A stretch of 64,000 nucleotides of DNA, from the NCBI RefSeq assembly GCF_032062105.1, contig NW_026935443.1:558001-622000 (forward strand), given 5' to 3'. The stretch is from Saccostrea cucullata. Taxonomy: Eukaryota. The notes beneath the pieces were generated by a model. It ran no database searches. It worked only from the letters and a program-made list of their open reading frames with translations, and was not told where the DNA came from. Shown here one piece after another: positions 32,701 through 44,400 of the stretch; position 1 is the stretch's first letter, and each line of letters starts with the position of its first letter. Made by a program: the position numbers and the translations under genes.

Positions 32701-35530
32701 TATTTCCATGATTCTGGTCTGTTACTAAGATTAGGATATAAACCCCACCTGATATGATCTGATGAGACTCTGTACATGGTAGTACTCCTGGCTCTGTTTG
32801 TATGTATCTACAGAGGTCGAAGGTTAAAACATGTGGTTTTAATTGTAAAAATCTTATGAATCTCCATGTCGATGATTAAGCATCCCAAGACTAAGAAAGA
32901 AGAGAAAAAAAACATTGAAGTTCAACATCCTAACATATCTGGAACTTTTACATTAAGCCCTAATTTAGACAGCCCTATTATCTTCAATTTCTTGCAATTT
33001 TCTATAAAATGGGTCAAAAATATAATACAATAAAACAAATGATAAGACCCCTGATTCGAAATGATACACATACAGTGGACCCTCAGATATCCTGACGCTT
33101 CAGTATCCGGACGATTTTTCATCGGAACAGAATTCTTTAACGTTATTTTGTCTTGTTTAACTGGTAATTCATGTATCCGGATGCTACAGCGGCTTCACAT
33201 ATCCGAACAAATTGACTAGCAACAAAAGCGTCCGGATAAACAATGTTTTCCTTAAGAACCGGCTACCGGCCAAATTGACCGCTTCATTTGACAAAAATGC
33301 CTACTTGAAATAAAAATTTTGTGAGGTCCACAGAGATTCTGTTCATAAACCTCAGCCCCTAGCCTGTTACAAATGATTTCTAACCCTTTGGTTTGAAATA
33401 TTGGGAAAGCACTGACAAATGAGGCTCCACTGTATATTTAATATGGATTTACACGTACTGGAGTGCAATATTGTGTTCATGCCACTGTTACATAATCTTG
33501 TATCCAAGATAAATTATAGTTATGTCAGTAATAGCCTACCAACACAAACCTTGCTGTCAGAAACTTAAAATTTTAGGGAGCATACTGTACACCTTTTCCC
33601 ATGATAAATTGATATTTTAAAACCTCATAAAATTATAAGTATATTCTTTTAGAATCAAGATATGAATTCCCAAATAAGTAATTAATGTAAAGCTTGCATT
33701 TTAAGGAATAAAATCTCATCATGAAATATTATCTTTGGTGCACTGAATTACATCTGAACCATGTATAATGGAATTTGAATTTGAACTGATGCAGATAGGA
33801 AGATGGAAACTATATCATGTTGTCTTTCATGATGAACAGATGAAAAAGAACATTTTCTTAAATAATAAAAAAAAATCCCATCATTCATAACCTCTCTTAG
33901 CATTACCCAAGGCTATAATCTAAAAAGTGAAATTTTCAACAACAAAAAATGGGTATGTCTTTTAACCACAATGAACCACAATGAACCCCAATGAACCACA
34001 ATGAACCCCAATGAACCACAAGGAAACCACAATGAACCACAAGGACACCACAATGAACCTCTTACTTAATTTTAATGAATCTAAAGATGGTTTATATATG
34101 CATTTTTTAGTCATTTGAGTCACACAGGTGACCTATTTCAAAGAAATCATTAGTGCAGGTCTTGAATGCATACTGCTAAAGGCTGCATTTAAATCACAAA
34201 TTGAGCTTCTTTTCTTTAACAGCTTAACTAATTTCAACCAATTTTGGCACAAAGCATTTTTAGCTCACCAAACTTGGTACAAGACATCCTTGGGTGAAGG
34301 TGAATTTAAATTGTTAAAATGAAGGGCCAAAGAAATGCTTCATTATGTTTTCTAATCAGAATTTTTTAGGTATGACATGAAACATTTCTTTCATATATAC
34401 ATGTACCTCACACTTAAAATTTTATTGTGGGATAAAAAAAATAATTGATATTTCTAATTTTAGGAATCACTGTCTATTTAAATTATCCCATAATGTTTCC
34501 CACTATCGTTGATGTCTATGGCATACTTTACTTAGCAGACAGTGGTTGCTTATATTTCCATTTTATTGTGAAATAAAATTGTAGATAAAGATTTTAAAAA
34601 TGTTACAGACATAGATTTAAATAACACGAGGACTCCCATGCCAATTTTAAGTCCTTGCCCACTGACACCAAACACAAACTCCTTAGCGACAGACAAAGAG
34701 ACAGATACGCACAAGATTTACATGTATATTAGACCTTCTGTAGCTCCTGAACTATTGACCTGCCTAATTTACATTCCGGAAGAATGAGCAAGAAATCAAC
34801 TCCACTAACTCTCTAACAGATATATCACAAGAAATAAAATTAAAATGGAATTACCATATCAAATTTTCTTTACTATATCATGTATATAGACAAAATATTA
34901 ATTTCTGAAAAAGCAAGCAATCCTTCATACTTCAAACTATTTTCCATTTGTATCTAATGCTACTGTTATTGAAGAAAATCAATGTTTGGAATTCAAAAAA
35001 AAAATTTGGAGTAGAGGGATATTTCACCTTCAATTAAAAAACTACATCTCTGGGCCATGTATTTAATTTGGATTTGCCTCCTGTCTAATTAAAATAAGCC
35101 CTCCTAAAAAAAATATTTTATTAAGCAAAGTAAAAAGATATTTATTTAATCAATTCTGGTCTGTTATCACATGTACTACACATAACACTTGATGACTTAT
35201 TATACATGTATAAGAGTCAGATCTGTTCAAAATCAGGATTCTTTGTTGATGGCAGATACTTTTTTTTCTCAAAAAGTCAGAAATAAGTTTTTTTTACTGT
35301 TTATTGATTCTCGAGTTTTTTATTTTTAAAATTTATCTTCAATTTTGAAAAGTTGCGTGCATGTAGACCCTGTATCTTTGAGTGTGACTTGGTTCCTTAT
35401 GGGTGTTGATGTGTTTCTTTGTGGTATTGTGCATAAGTAAGGGGTGTTACCTAGATTCTTAAGTACAATTGGCTGTTAATCCCCTGTGAGAGATTTTGAA
35501 ATCCAAAACTTGTGCTCCCCTTTACCTAAA

Positions 35531-35561
<31 letters not shown>

Positions 35562-36496
35562 TTAAGATTTTCAAGAAAAGAAGCTGAAAAGCTTCTAAAA
35601 ATAAGTAATTAATGTAAAGCTTGCAAAGGACTAAAAGATCAGAAATAGGTCATCTGTGTGACTGAATTACATCTGAAAAATGCATATATAAACCATTTTT
35701 AGATTCATTACAATTAAGTAAGAGGTTCATTGTGGTTCCTTGTGGTGTCCTTGTGGTTCATTTTTTTTGTAAAAAAAAATTCATTGGGGTTCATAACCTC
35801 TCTTGGGGTTACCCAATGTGCCATAATTGTGGTTAAAAGACATACCCACAAAAAATTAATCTGTTGTTTGATTGATAAAAATTCTAAGATTTCAAACATC
35901 CTAAATGTCAAATTAAATACAGATTGTGAATGTAATATTGTCAAGTGCATGTTAAACATGACAACTCTTTAACATGTCACATGCCTTATGAGATAAAATC
36001 TATACAAATTCAATATTGTTTGCACTGACAATATTCATATCAACTTAGAAAAAAATTACTGGTGTACTAAACAGAAAAGGTGTGTTTCACAAATTCATCA
36101 AGTCAACAGCCCTCCGTCAACGGAAGGATAAATATAGAACAATTTAAACACTTGATGACCTGTATGAATTATGGACCTTCAGGTTTCAATTTCTTTCCAT
36201 ACAACTATCGAACTTTAAAAAATTGATATCACATTTTTCACAGAATATATACTTCTGAAATTAAATAATCCAGAGAACACAACAAAACCCCCATTCACCT
36301 TGTGTACACTTGAGGGATCTTGGAGCCATGCTTCATACATGTGTTCGGTGTACACAGATGAGCTGCCATTTAGAAACGAGTGTGTCGTTTGAGTCCTTTC
36401 TGGGATGGTATGTGTACTGGCACAAGTCCTTTGAAGTAAAATTCCAAGGGTCTGTGGCTTGGAAAGACCCGAGAGAAACGTTTTTGCACGATACAT
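13094..36496 (-). CDS. OGDH: 2-oxoglutarate dehydrogenase E1 component, mitochondrial (about 994 aa)
   Basis: Exons: 36299-36496 ([18 protein letters not shown]), 32749-32890 (SWDA...VQSLIRSYQ, disrupted), 30270-30372 OR 29495-29594 (RGH..A.LDPLG), 25637-25743, 24851-25005, 24514-24660 ([14 protein letters not shown]), 23853-24123 ([14 protein letters not shown]), 23535-23663 ([13 protein letters not shown] ThDP motif), 23225-23404, 22892-23044 (YRRNGHNE), 22329-22548, 21868-22018 ([13 protein letters not shown]), 20605-20747, 20079-20257 (WEAQFGDF), 19841-19912 (GPEHSSAR), 16229-16354, 15664-15900, 13744-13907 (QEEHKNMG), 13094-13202 (stop TGA). GDVKYH indicates OGDH rather than DHTKD1. Confidence 0.95.
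13930..15436 (-). mobile_element. Helentron-like element with about 9 x 156-bp tandem array and (GACA/GACG)n microsatellite
   Basis: CTGTAGAAGGAGTAG recurs at 14045, 14201, 14357, 14513 ... 15293. Sub-terminal inverted TAGCTCTACTGG (13947) / CCAGTAGAGCTA (15421). Microsatellite at 15327-15385. Confidence 0.85.
16693..17789 (-). mobile_element. Helentron-like element with about 5 x 165-bp Cg170-type monomers
   Basis: Terminal hairpin GAGGCCCATGGGCC plus CGCTCACCTGAG; monomers AATCTACACTACCC(C)AGGATGCTTCCAC; GACG/GACA microsatellite at 17726-17750. Confidence 0.85.
18311..18505. repeat. Minisatellite, about 49-bp unit x4
   Basis: GGCAATAAGCCTATGAATCAAGCATTTCATCTC..GTTTGAGTTATA repeated. Confidence 0.8.
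20937..21808 (+). mobile_element. Helentron-like element with (TCTG)n and about 5 x 146-bp monomers
   Basis: 5' TATGCGCCCG..CGGGGTGCATA hairpin, (TCTG)n at 20978-21025, CCATAAGAGATAG recurring about every 146 bp, 3' CGGGCGCATAGTGTTTCACAAACACATCTTGT. Confidence 0.85.
25205..25680. repeat. Minisatellite derived from the 3' end and donor site of OGDH exon 25637-25743
   Basis: Repeated TAATACATACCTCTAGTCTCCTAATGAT..CCCC units (about 55-95 bp), matching the exon/intron junction. Confidence 0.75.
29495..29594 (-). CDS. OGDH: OGDH alternative exon B (lacks ADLD motif after LDPLGI)
   Basis: 100 nt, ctttag|GAG..G|gtaaga, [33 protein letters not shown](G), phase 0 to 1. Confidence 0.88.
30270..30372 (-). 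CDS. OGDH: OGDH alternative exon A (contains NSADLD)
   Basis: 103 nt, cactag|GAA..G|gtgggt, [34 protein letters not shown](G), phase 0 to 1. Confidence 0.9.
30435..31233. mobile_element. TA-target MITE containing a nested TIR element (30545-31070)
   Basis: Outer TIR TACCATAAATCTGGAAATTTTT / AAAAATTTCCAGATTTACGGTA. Inner GGCCCTGT..ACAGGGCC flanked by an ATTT duplication. Confidence 0.7.
33071..33434. mobile_element. pogo/Tigger-like MITE
   Basis: TA-CAGTGGACCCTCA ... TGAGGCTCCACTG-TA termini. Confidence 0.7.
33950..34262. repeat. Repeat fragment with (AATGAACCAC)n; inverted copy at about 35530-35850
   Basis: 10-bp tandem unit at 33965-34060; reverse complement GAGGTTCATTGTGG..GTGGTTAAAAGACATACCC at 35722-35847. 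Confidence 0.65.
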
Positions 36497-36768
36497 TTTC
36501 ACGTCTTTATGAAATGCAAGTGTCTTTTGGTGTGACAAAAACTGCACATATGCTCACGAGCCAGCGTGGCGATTTTCAATCGAATCACCACAGGCGCAGT
36601 GTGGCTGATCAAAAACCACTCCCCGGGGCAGTGGTGACTGTACTGTTTCCAACAGACAAATGTGAAAGGTTTCAATTTCCAGACTTTAAAGTATACGTTG
36701 TGTACGTTACTGTCAAGGTCATGCGACAAGTGAACACAGGTTATTTGAGGGATAATCTCCGCAGATCG

Positions 36769-36868
36769 CTGAAAAAGAGAATGAAATACAATTTATAATT
36801 ATACGTTCAACAACTTTACATTCATTCAAAATGAAGTGTTTGTGTTTTCGAGCGACTCATAAACTTAC
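36769..36868 (-). other. Putative 100-nt intron in the OGDH 5' leader
   Basis: Donor gtaagt at 36868; acceptor ttctctttttcag ending at 36769. CCAAT-like boxes at about 36938-36958. Confidence 0.55.
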
Positions 36869-36869
36869 A

Positions 36870-38409
36870 AATATGCCGGATGATGAAGTCCTTGCAGTAA
36901 CTTTCTTCCCCGAATTGGGTTTGTAATATTCTTTTTTATTGGATATTTTTTAACCAATAGAATAGCACAACACAATTTTCTTGAGAGTTATCTCTCTTGG
37001 AGCACTTGATGAACAGCCCCCATCCCGCAATCTTGATTATTTTGATTTTGACCCTTAGGCGCATACAACTTAATGTCATAAGGAAGAAAGTAGAAACAGC
37101 TATAATCAATTATGTCTTTTTCAACGTATTATAGAAATGAAATGAAATGAAATAAAATAAAATAAAATAAAATAAATCAAAACAAAATAAAATAAAATAA
37201 CAAATGAATAAATAAATACCGAATAATACAATTTTAAGAATGTCGGTATAATTGAAATATTTAAAAGAAAATGTAAGAAGACTTACGAGATCATACATTA
37301 TTACACATTTATTATATGTACTACGTACACCATGTACACCGGCGGGTATCCAGGATTTTTTCCGGGGGAGGGGGCACTCCAAAAAAAAAGCCAATCCAGA
37401 AATTTCTTGACCAAAAAAAAAGTAAACTCATTTTCCATTTTCAATTGATTATTGTGTGTGTGTGTTTGAATTGTTGACTTTTAAAGGAAATTGACACCTG
37501 GAACATAAATTGGCACATAAAAACCAATTTCACATGAAATCCTGCGTAAAATTTAGTTTAAAAAAAATACATTGTTTTAAAACACTAGCATTGGGTGTGT
37601 AAAAGACAGGTACTTAAGAGAAACATTTAAGATCACTTTATCTGTAAAGTTTAGTATATATATACATTTAAAAATGGAGGACATCCCCATCATGATCCGT
37701 GCAAGCTACATTTTGTCTTTCCTACAATATTTTGTGGAAAAAATCTTACTGCAATAAACATTAATGAATAATTTCTTCTAAAGTAGGTTTGTGGATTAAA
37801 AAGTAATCCCCCACCCACACACATACACCCCTAACATTCACAGATCGTGTTAATAATTTAATAATTAATAATTGATAATTTATACAAATGCCGACCGGGC
37901 GGCTTAATTTCGAGATAAAAGATTTACATCGATCATACAAAAAAAAAATGATATCTAGACTGCGTAATTTTTTTTCCACATATATTTTTACTCAGGTACC
38001 AGTTAGCCCTGCCTTAGACGGAGAATAATCCTAAGATTTTTTTTAAATTGAATGGTGGGGAGGGGGTGGGTATATCAGAAAGTAAAACTGACAAATTATT
38101 GGTCAGCATATGATTCTGAGTCTGCATAGATAATATATTAATTTAAAATGAAAATCAATTTTGTTACTTATTCGCCAAGGAAGGACAACAAAATATCCCT
38201 TATACGAAGTTGAATGTACGTGACCTTTGACCTTTGACGTACAGTGTATAACGGTACACTGCGCACCTGGGTTTCAGCTGTCAAATGTTTGTGATAGCGC
38301 TACAGATCGCAGTGATGGTTTAACGTGAGTGTGTGTGCATGTGGGATTTAATTCGCAAGTTTTACTTTTAAAAATTAGTGCTTTGGAATTATCAGTTAAT
38401 TTGGAAAAT
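36870..38409. promoter_or_regulatory. Divergent (head-to-head) promoter region between OGDH and the BAIAP2-like gene
   Basis: Genes point away from each other across about 1.5 kb. CCAAT boxes near 36940-36958; perfect DR1 element TGACCTtTGACCT at 38221-38233. Confidence 0.5.
37135..37215. repeat. (AAATA/AAATG)n microsatellite
   Basis: Direct pentanucleotide repeats. Confidence 0.8.
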
Positions 38410-41400
38410 ATGAAGAACACCGATGAAAATCATAAGATAACAGAATCGGTTTACAAGGTAAAATTTTATCTTATTACTATAAAACGTTGAACCACACCTG
38501 CATGCTGAAAATCAATATTATTTTCCTTACTTGTACAAAGACAGGTATAAATTTCCGGTCATTTGCTAAACATGCTTAATAGCCAACAATCCTCGTGTCC
38601 ATTTGATCAATAAAATATTGAGACATTTCTATCCCCCTACCTGCATTAGCTTGATTTTTCTCTTACGTTGCAAGTATGAAATATACAAAAATCTAGAGTA
38701 AATTTTTACTATTGATTTAATACATATTTTGGTTGAATTTGGAGCAGAATCTTGCGGAGAATTTCAACCCAGGTGTCCGACAAATCGTAGCATGCGGCAA
38801 AATGTACCACAAGGCCTTGCAAGGTAAGAGTGTCATTTATAAAATGTTGACACAATAATTTCACCGTCCCCAAAACAAAGATAGGGAAACAAAAACTTAT
38901 CATTAACTTATCCGTCGCTCAGGACAGCTATGTAGACAAAATATGAATTTTCCATCAGCTAGATTTTTTTTTTCTCAAAGGGAGTATATATTAATAGATT
39001 TAACTACAAAGTGATGCATGCCTGTTAATAATTCTCTCACAGGGGGCTCACAATGTCAAAACTATGTCAGAGAAATTATTACACATTCCAGACTTTTGTC
39101 ACCTTAGGGGAACATTTAGACATGAAACAGGTATTGTGTGCAGTCACTTTGGGTGTGGTTACTGTATGATTTAGGGCCCGAGAATGACCACAGTAATGGA
39201 TGGGGTTGTGGTACCTCGTAGGACAAGGGGGTAATATTTCCTACAGTAATGACTTTGATTAAGATAAAGATATGCCCCCTATAAAACCATGGTATATTTA
39301 TATGTATACTTCATAGAATGAATCACCTTGTTAGTTTTGATAAATGTGTCAAATGTTGCTAATATATACTTCTCTTGACCAATCTGTAAATAATTTATTT
39401 TGTATATTTTATATACTGTTGCTAAAACAAAATACTGTTAGTTCTTTGGATCAATCTATAAATGCTATTTAGAAAAATATTGCAATAAGATGATGCTATA
39501 ATATGAATGGTCCATGTTCATTTCTAGGCCTGACAGTTGCGGCCCGGGCCTATACAGAGGCACTGTTGAGGGTAGGACAAACGGCCCGCACGACATGCTC
39601 AGGGGGCACAGAAGAAATAGGTACGCCATATTTATTCAAATATATCAGTAATGATTTTTTGAATGTTAAAAGGAAAAAGGACATTTTATGAATGGCTATT
39701 CCAAATTCCGTCCTGATGCATGACAAATTTCAATGAATCAGTCGGGGCTATGGGAAATCCCCCCAGGCTCTGTTTAGATGCACGTAGATTCGTGATAAAT
39801 CCCCCTGTTAGCTGATGCCTCTTACAACAATTCAGGATACTTAATGTCTAGTGATACATCAAACAAACTTTACAATCGGTTGTAAATGGCTTAATCATAT
39901 GATTGTATACACCTGTGATTTTAAAGACTGAAAAATAGCCAGGTCTTACAACTGAATGACAAATTTAAAAAAAACAATCAGAGAGGATCGTTTTTTTAAT
40001 CATGAATTTAAGCCATAAAATCCCCATGTTTTCAAACATACAGAAGATTTAGGTTGTGTGGTCTTGAAAATTTGTCAACTGTTTTGGATTTTGTTAAGAA
40101 GTGTTTACTTGTTTTTGCGGATGAGGAACATTTCTATAGCAGAGCTTCCCCGCATTTTGTTCTTTAAAGGGAGACAACTTTCACAGGATCCTCCCTGCCC
40201 TCTGTTTTTTAAAGGGAGGTGGCATTTATACAATTTTCTTCCATGTTTTGTTTTTTTAAAGGGAGACAAGATCCTTCCCATCCCCCTGATTAATTTATGG
40301 AGGGAAAACTTAAAAGATGCTTTGGGATCGAGTCATAAGATAATACTGCAAACAAAATTTATTGAAGAATTCTAATTTGGATTTTGTTGTATATTCAAGG
40401 ATTAATCTTAAAAAGTTAATTTTTTTAAGAAGGCCTCTTTGTTAAGGTATGAAACACAAAAGAAATAAACATTATTTTTTATAACTTAAGGGACACTCAT
40501 GACATTTATACATTATTTATACATGTGAAGTCATAAAAATTGTAATTTTATGCAAATATGGTAGCCAGTAACATAACAGAAAGTTAATTATGTCCTCAAT
40601 AGAATAAGTATCACAGCTTACTAAATACTAAAATTGATGTCGCTTCTGCTGAATTCATTCCAAGAAAAAAGTCTCAAGAGTTCGTACATTCAAAGAATGT
40701 AAGCTTTCACATGTATTCATTTCACACTTTCTGTGATGCAATTACAACATTGCATTTATACATAGTGGAACAAAGTGCATTTCAAAGAATGGGATATCTA
40801 TAAATTTTAACAGTAAAGAGGGCATATATAATCATAGAAATTGGAGGAAATTTTGAAAAAGGGAGGAAGTAAGGGGAATAAAAGGTTTGATGTTATTGAT
40901 GATGGACTTTTACTTTTAGGTTAAAACATTGATGTACGTGGGCTGACTCTGACTCACTGTTTTCATATATTTTCCCCCTCAAAAAACTATAAAAAAGAAT
41001 GAAATCACAAGAACAAGGAAACTGTATGAAGTATTACATTGTAGTTGTTACATTTAACCTGTACCTTGTGTTTTGAAGTATATCAGGAAAGTTTTAAATT
41101 TCCTCATGTTCATGCATACAATTGATGCAAACCTGTAAGCTAATAACACCATAGCATATGTACCGTACTTCATGAATATAGTATTTTGTTGTTGTTGTTG
41201 TTTGTTTGTTTTTTGGTTGTTTTTTTTTTTAAGATCATATGATTCATTTTGTATGCATACTTCCCTATTGTTTGCCATGTGTGTAAAAGGATTTTATTGA
41301 ATTTTTTTAAATATTAATGTTATCAATGTGTTCCGTTGAAGCACAAAGATGAAGTATTCGTAGAAAATAGTCAAAAGGAAAATGTAAAATTTTATCACGT

Positions 41401-44400
41401 TTGAGTGTTCATCTTCAAGCATCTATTGACCCCAAACAAAAGAATAAAAGATATGCTTTAAAAGATAAAAAGATGAAAAATGTGAAAAGCTGAGGATTAC
41501 ATAGGTGTATATGTATATGTGTCCTCGGTGGACATGATTGATAATGACATCTCCCTTTTGTTGTTGTGAACAGTTGTCATTTAATGATTCCTCCCTTTGT
41601 CCTCTTGTAAGCTTTAGCCATTGATCTTTATAATTGATGGGGTTAGGGTGTACACTGGCTGATCTGTTGGACCAGAAAGTCAGTAACAGATTGATACATG
41701 AAGGGTTTTAGCAGGGTTTATTTCTTTATTTTTTTATGGTTGAGTTAAAATAATATGTTTACAATGCACTATCAAAAATTGAATGGATTGTATATCATAT
41801 ATAAGACTCTGGCAGACTGTTTGATTGAAAAAAAAAATGCCTAATTTTATACCTACAATTACAGATTTTTAAAAATAAAGATGAATGTGACCTATTTTAG
41901 TCAAAAGCTGAATGATAAGTTAACTGTACATTTCCAAGTGAAATGTTAAACAAGGGAACCACAAAGAGGAGCATCCCATCACAAAGAGCATATCTATAAA
42001 TCAAGGCTCCATCCAACATCAATCCCAGTGCAAATTATGTTACTTCTGTTTCACACAGGATATAACACACAAACACACACACATGATTTTGCTACTATAT
42101 CCCCTCCAACTCCGTTGCCAGGGGATAAAAATGGCACATTTGACTTAGTGTGTCTGAAGACAGAATAGTTTAACTTCAAACAGACAACATTTATAAATTT
42201 CAAAACCGCACCAGGCCTGTTATAAATAAACATGAAGGGAGAAAATGTATCGCTGGACCAGGAATTGAACCCTGGACCCCCTGCATCACTAGTCAGGTTC
42301 TCTACTAATGGAGCTGCACAGGCACAAATGGTCCAAACCATTACATTCATCCCTCTTTGATAAGTTGTCTCCAACCTTTATTTATACACAATTCAAGTTA
42401 TTATTTGCCCCAGACAGAACTTTCACCCACAAGTCCAGGGGTGGTCATTATGTCACCAAAGGATGGCTGATCTCGGATTTGAACTTGGCACCCCTGCATA
42501 TAAATACATGTAATCAGAATCTAGCAACATTGCTTTACACATGTATATAATGAAATTTCATATTGTTTCAAAGGGATAATTTTGAGTGTCTCTATGTGCA
42601 ATCACCACCCCCACCCCCCTTTTCGATGGCCTTGGAGATAAAGGATGTTGGCCAAAATCATGTTATAAAAAGATTTTGCCCAAAAATGGACATCACATGG
42701 GTCAGAAATTTACAAACCAGAATGAAATTTATTGCATCCTTCACCCCTTGAGAAATATCTACATCCGGATTGTGGCTGTATCCACCTGGTGTTTGATGTT
42801 TATCAATAAATACATGCACCAGGTGACAGGAGGTATTGATGAAATTGATACCAGGATTATACAGTAAATATTTCTGATTGATCTCAAGTGTTTTATCAGC
42901 TGTATTTATGCAAGATAACCAAAATGACTTGTGGATATGTAACCAAAAAAATTTTAAATGAGGAACTTATGTAATTTGATCTTTGATTTTTAATATCATA
43001 CAGAAATTAGTCATTGAAAAAAGAAACACATGAAATAAACAAGGAAGAATATATTATATTAATATTCAGATGAAAAGGAAATTTAAATCAGTGATTCATT
43101 CAGTCCCTAGTCCATCCTCTGCAAGGGAGAGGAGAGGGAAAGGAGAGAGAGAGAATAGGGAGAGGAGAGAGAGAGAGAAGAGGGAGAGAGAGAGAAAAAG
43201 AAGAGGGAGAGGAGAGAGAGAAGATGTTGGGAGAGAGAGAGAAAANNNNNNNNNNNNNNNNNNNNNNNNNNNNNNNNNNNNNNNNNNNNNNNNNNNNNNN
43301 NNNNNNNNNNNNNNNNNNNNNNNNNNNNNNNNNNNNNNNNNNNNNNNNNNNNNNNNNNNNNNNNNNNNNNNNNNNNNNNNNNGAAGAGAAAGAGATAGAG
43401 AGAGGGAGGAAAGAGATAGAGAGAGGGGGGTAAGAGAAGGGAAGGGAGGTTTCATTTCCTAGATTGAATAAAGAATTAGGAACTAAGCTTAAAGTCAATA
43501 CAAAGATCCCTAAGATGGTAAAATAGTGTAGGTGCTATACAAATATATAAATATTGGTTCATAAAATCAACACATTTCTAAGGGAGGTAAATCAGCAAGA
43601 TAGGTAGAAGGTTCACTACAGTGTTTGGTACATGAATTCTGTAAGCATTAGAGAATGTGAATCAAAATCATTTATGGGAATAAGTATGAATGTTGAGTCA
43701 GTACAGCCCAGACCAGGACTGTAATTTAGGGTCTAGACCTGTGTGTCAGATAGGTGTTGTATGCTAATGAAGTTGTCAGTTTGTCAGACGGGGCAGTGCC
43801 TACGTAAGATGATTTGGACTGTGTCAAATAAGCAAAAACCAGGTAATTAAAGGCCGGTATACACAGTAAGATTTGTAGTATAAGATTTGTATTATAATAC
43901 AAAATCTTACTGTGTATACACTCTTAATACAGTGTATCATAAGATTTTTCGAATCTTATAAAACTGTATTAAGAATAGAGCAATGCTCTATTTCCTAATA
44001 CAAGTCTTAACTCACCTTTCACTTTCAACCAATCAAATGTACTCACATTGGGGGTCATCCTATTTATATGATTTCTAAATAAAACACATGGTAAATAATC
44101 ATCAGTCCGACTTTTCGAGTAAAGATATCGAAAAACTCGTGGTTTTATGGGAAGGGGAAGAGGACTTGTGGAATATATCAAGCTGTAGCTACCACAAAAA
44201 AGATGTTAGAAGCTGAGCTTATTATTATCATTTTTATTATTTTGACAGAGAGAGAAAAATATGGCAAGAGAAAACACGTGGGAATAATAGTTTATTTACA
44301 ATCTTATAAGATATGTATTAGCGTGTGTACAAGATAGTATTATAATACAAAAGTATTATAATACTTGTATTATACTACAAATCTCATCGTGTATACCGGC

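Noticed and set aside
36575-36640. TPP-riboswitch-like words (GGGGAG, TGATCAG..CTGCG) in the leader of a ThDP-dependent enzyme
   Set aside because: Lacks the essential CUGAGA segment, the P4 CCU/AGG pairing and the UAAU loop. The resemblance is partial and probably chance; an Infernal search with the Rfam TPP model would settle it.
36310-36798. 162-aa plus-strand ORF antisense to the first OGDH coding exon
   Set aside because: Non-ATG start, no recognisable domain; explained by the GC-richer antisense exon.
43070-43498. Arg/Glu-rich and Leu/Ser-rich ORFs
   Set aside because: Translations of a GA microsatellite across an N gap.
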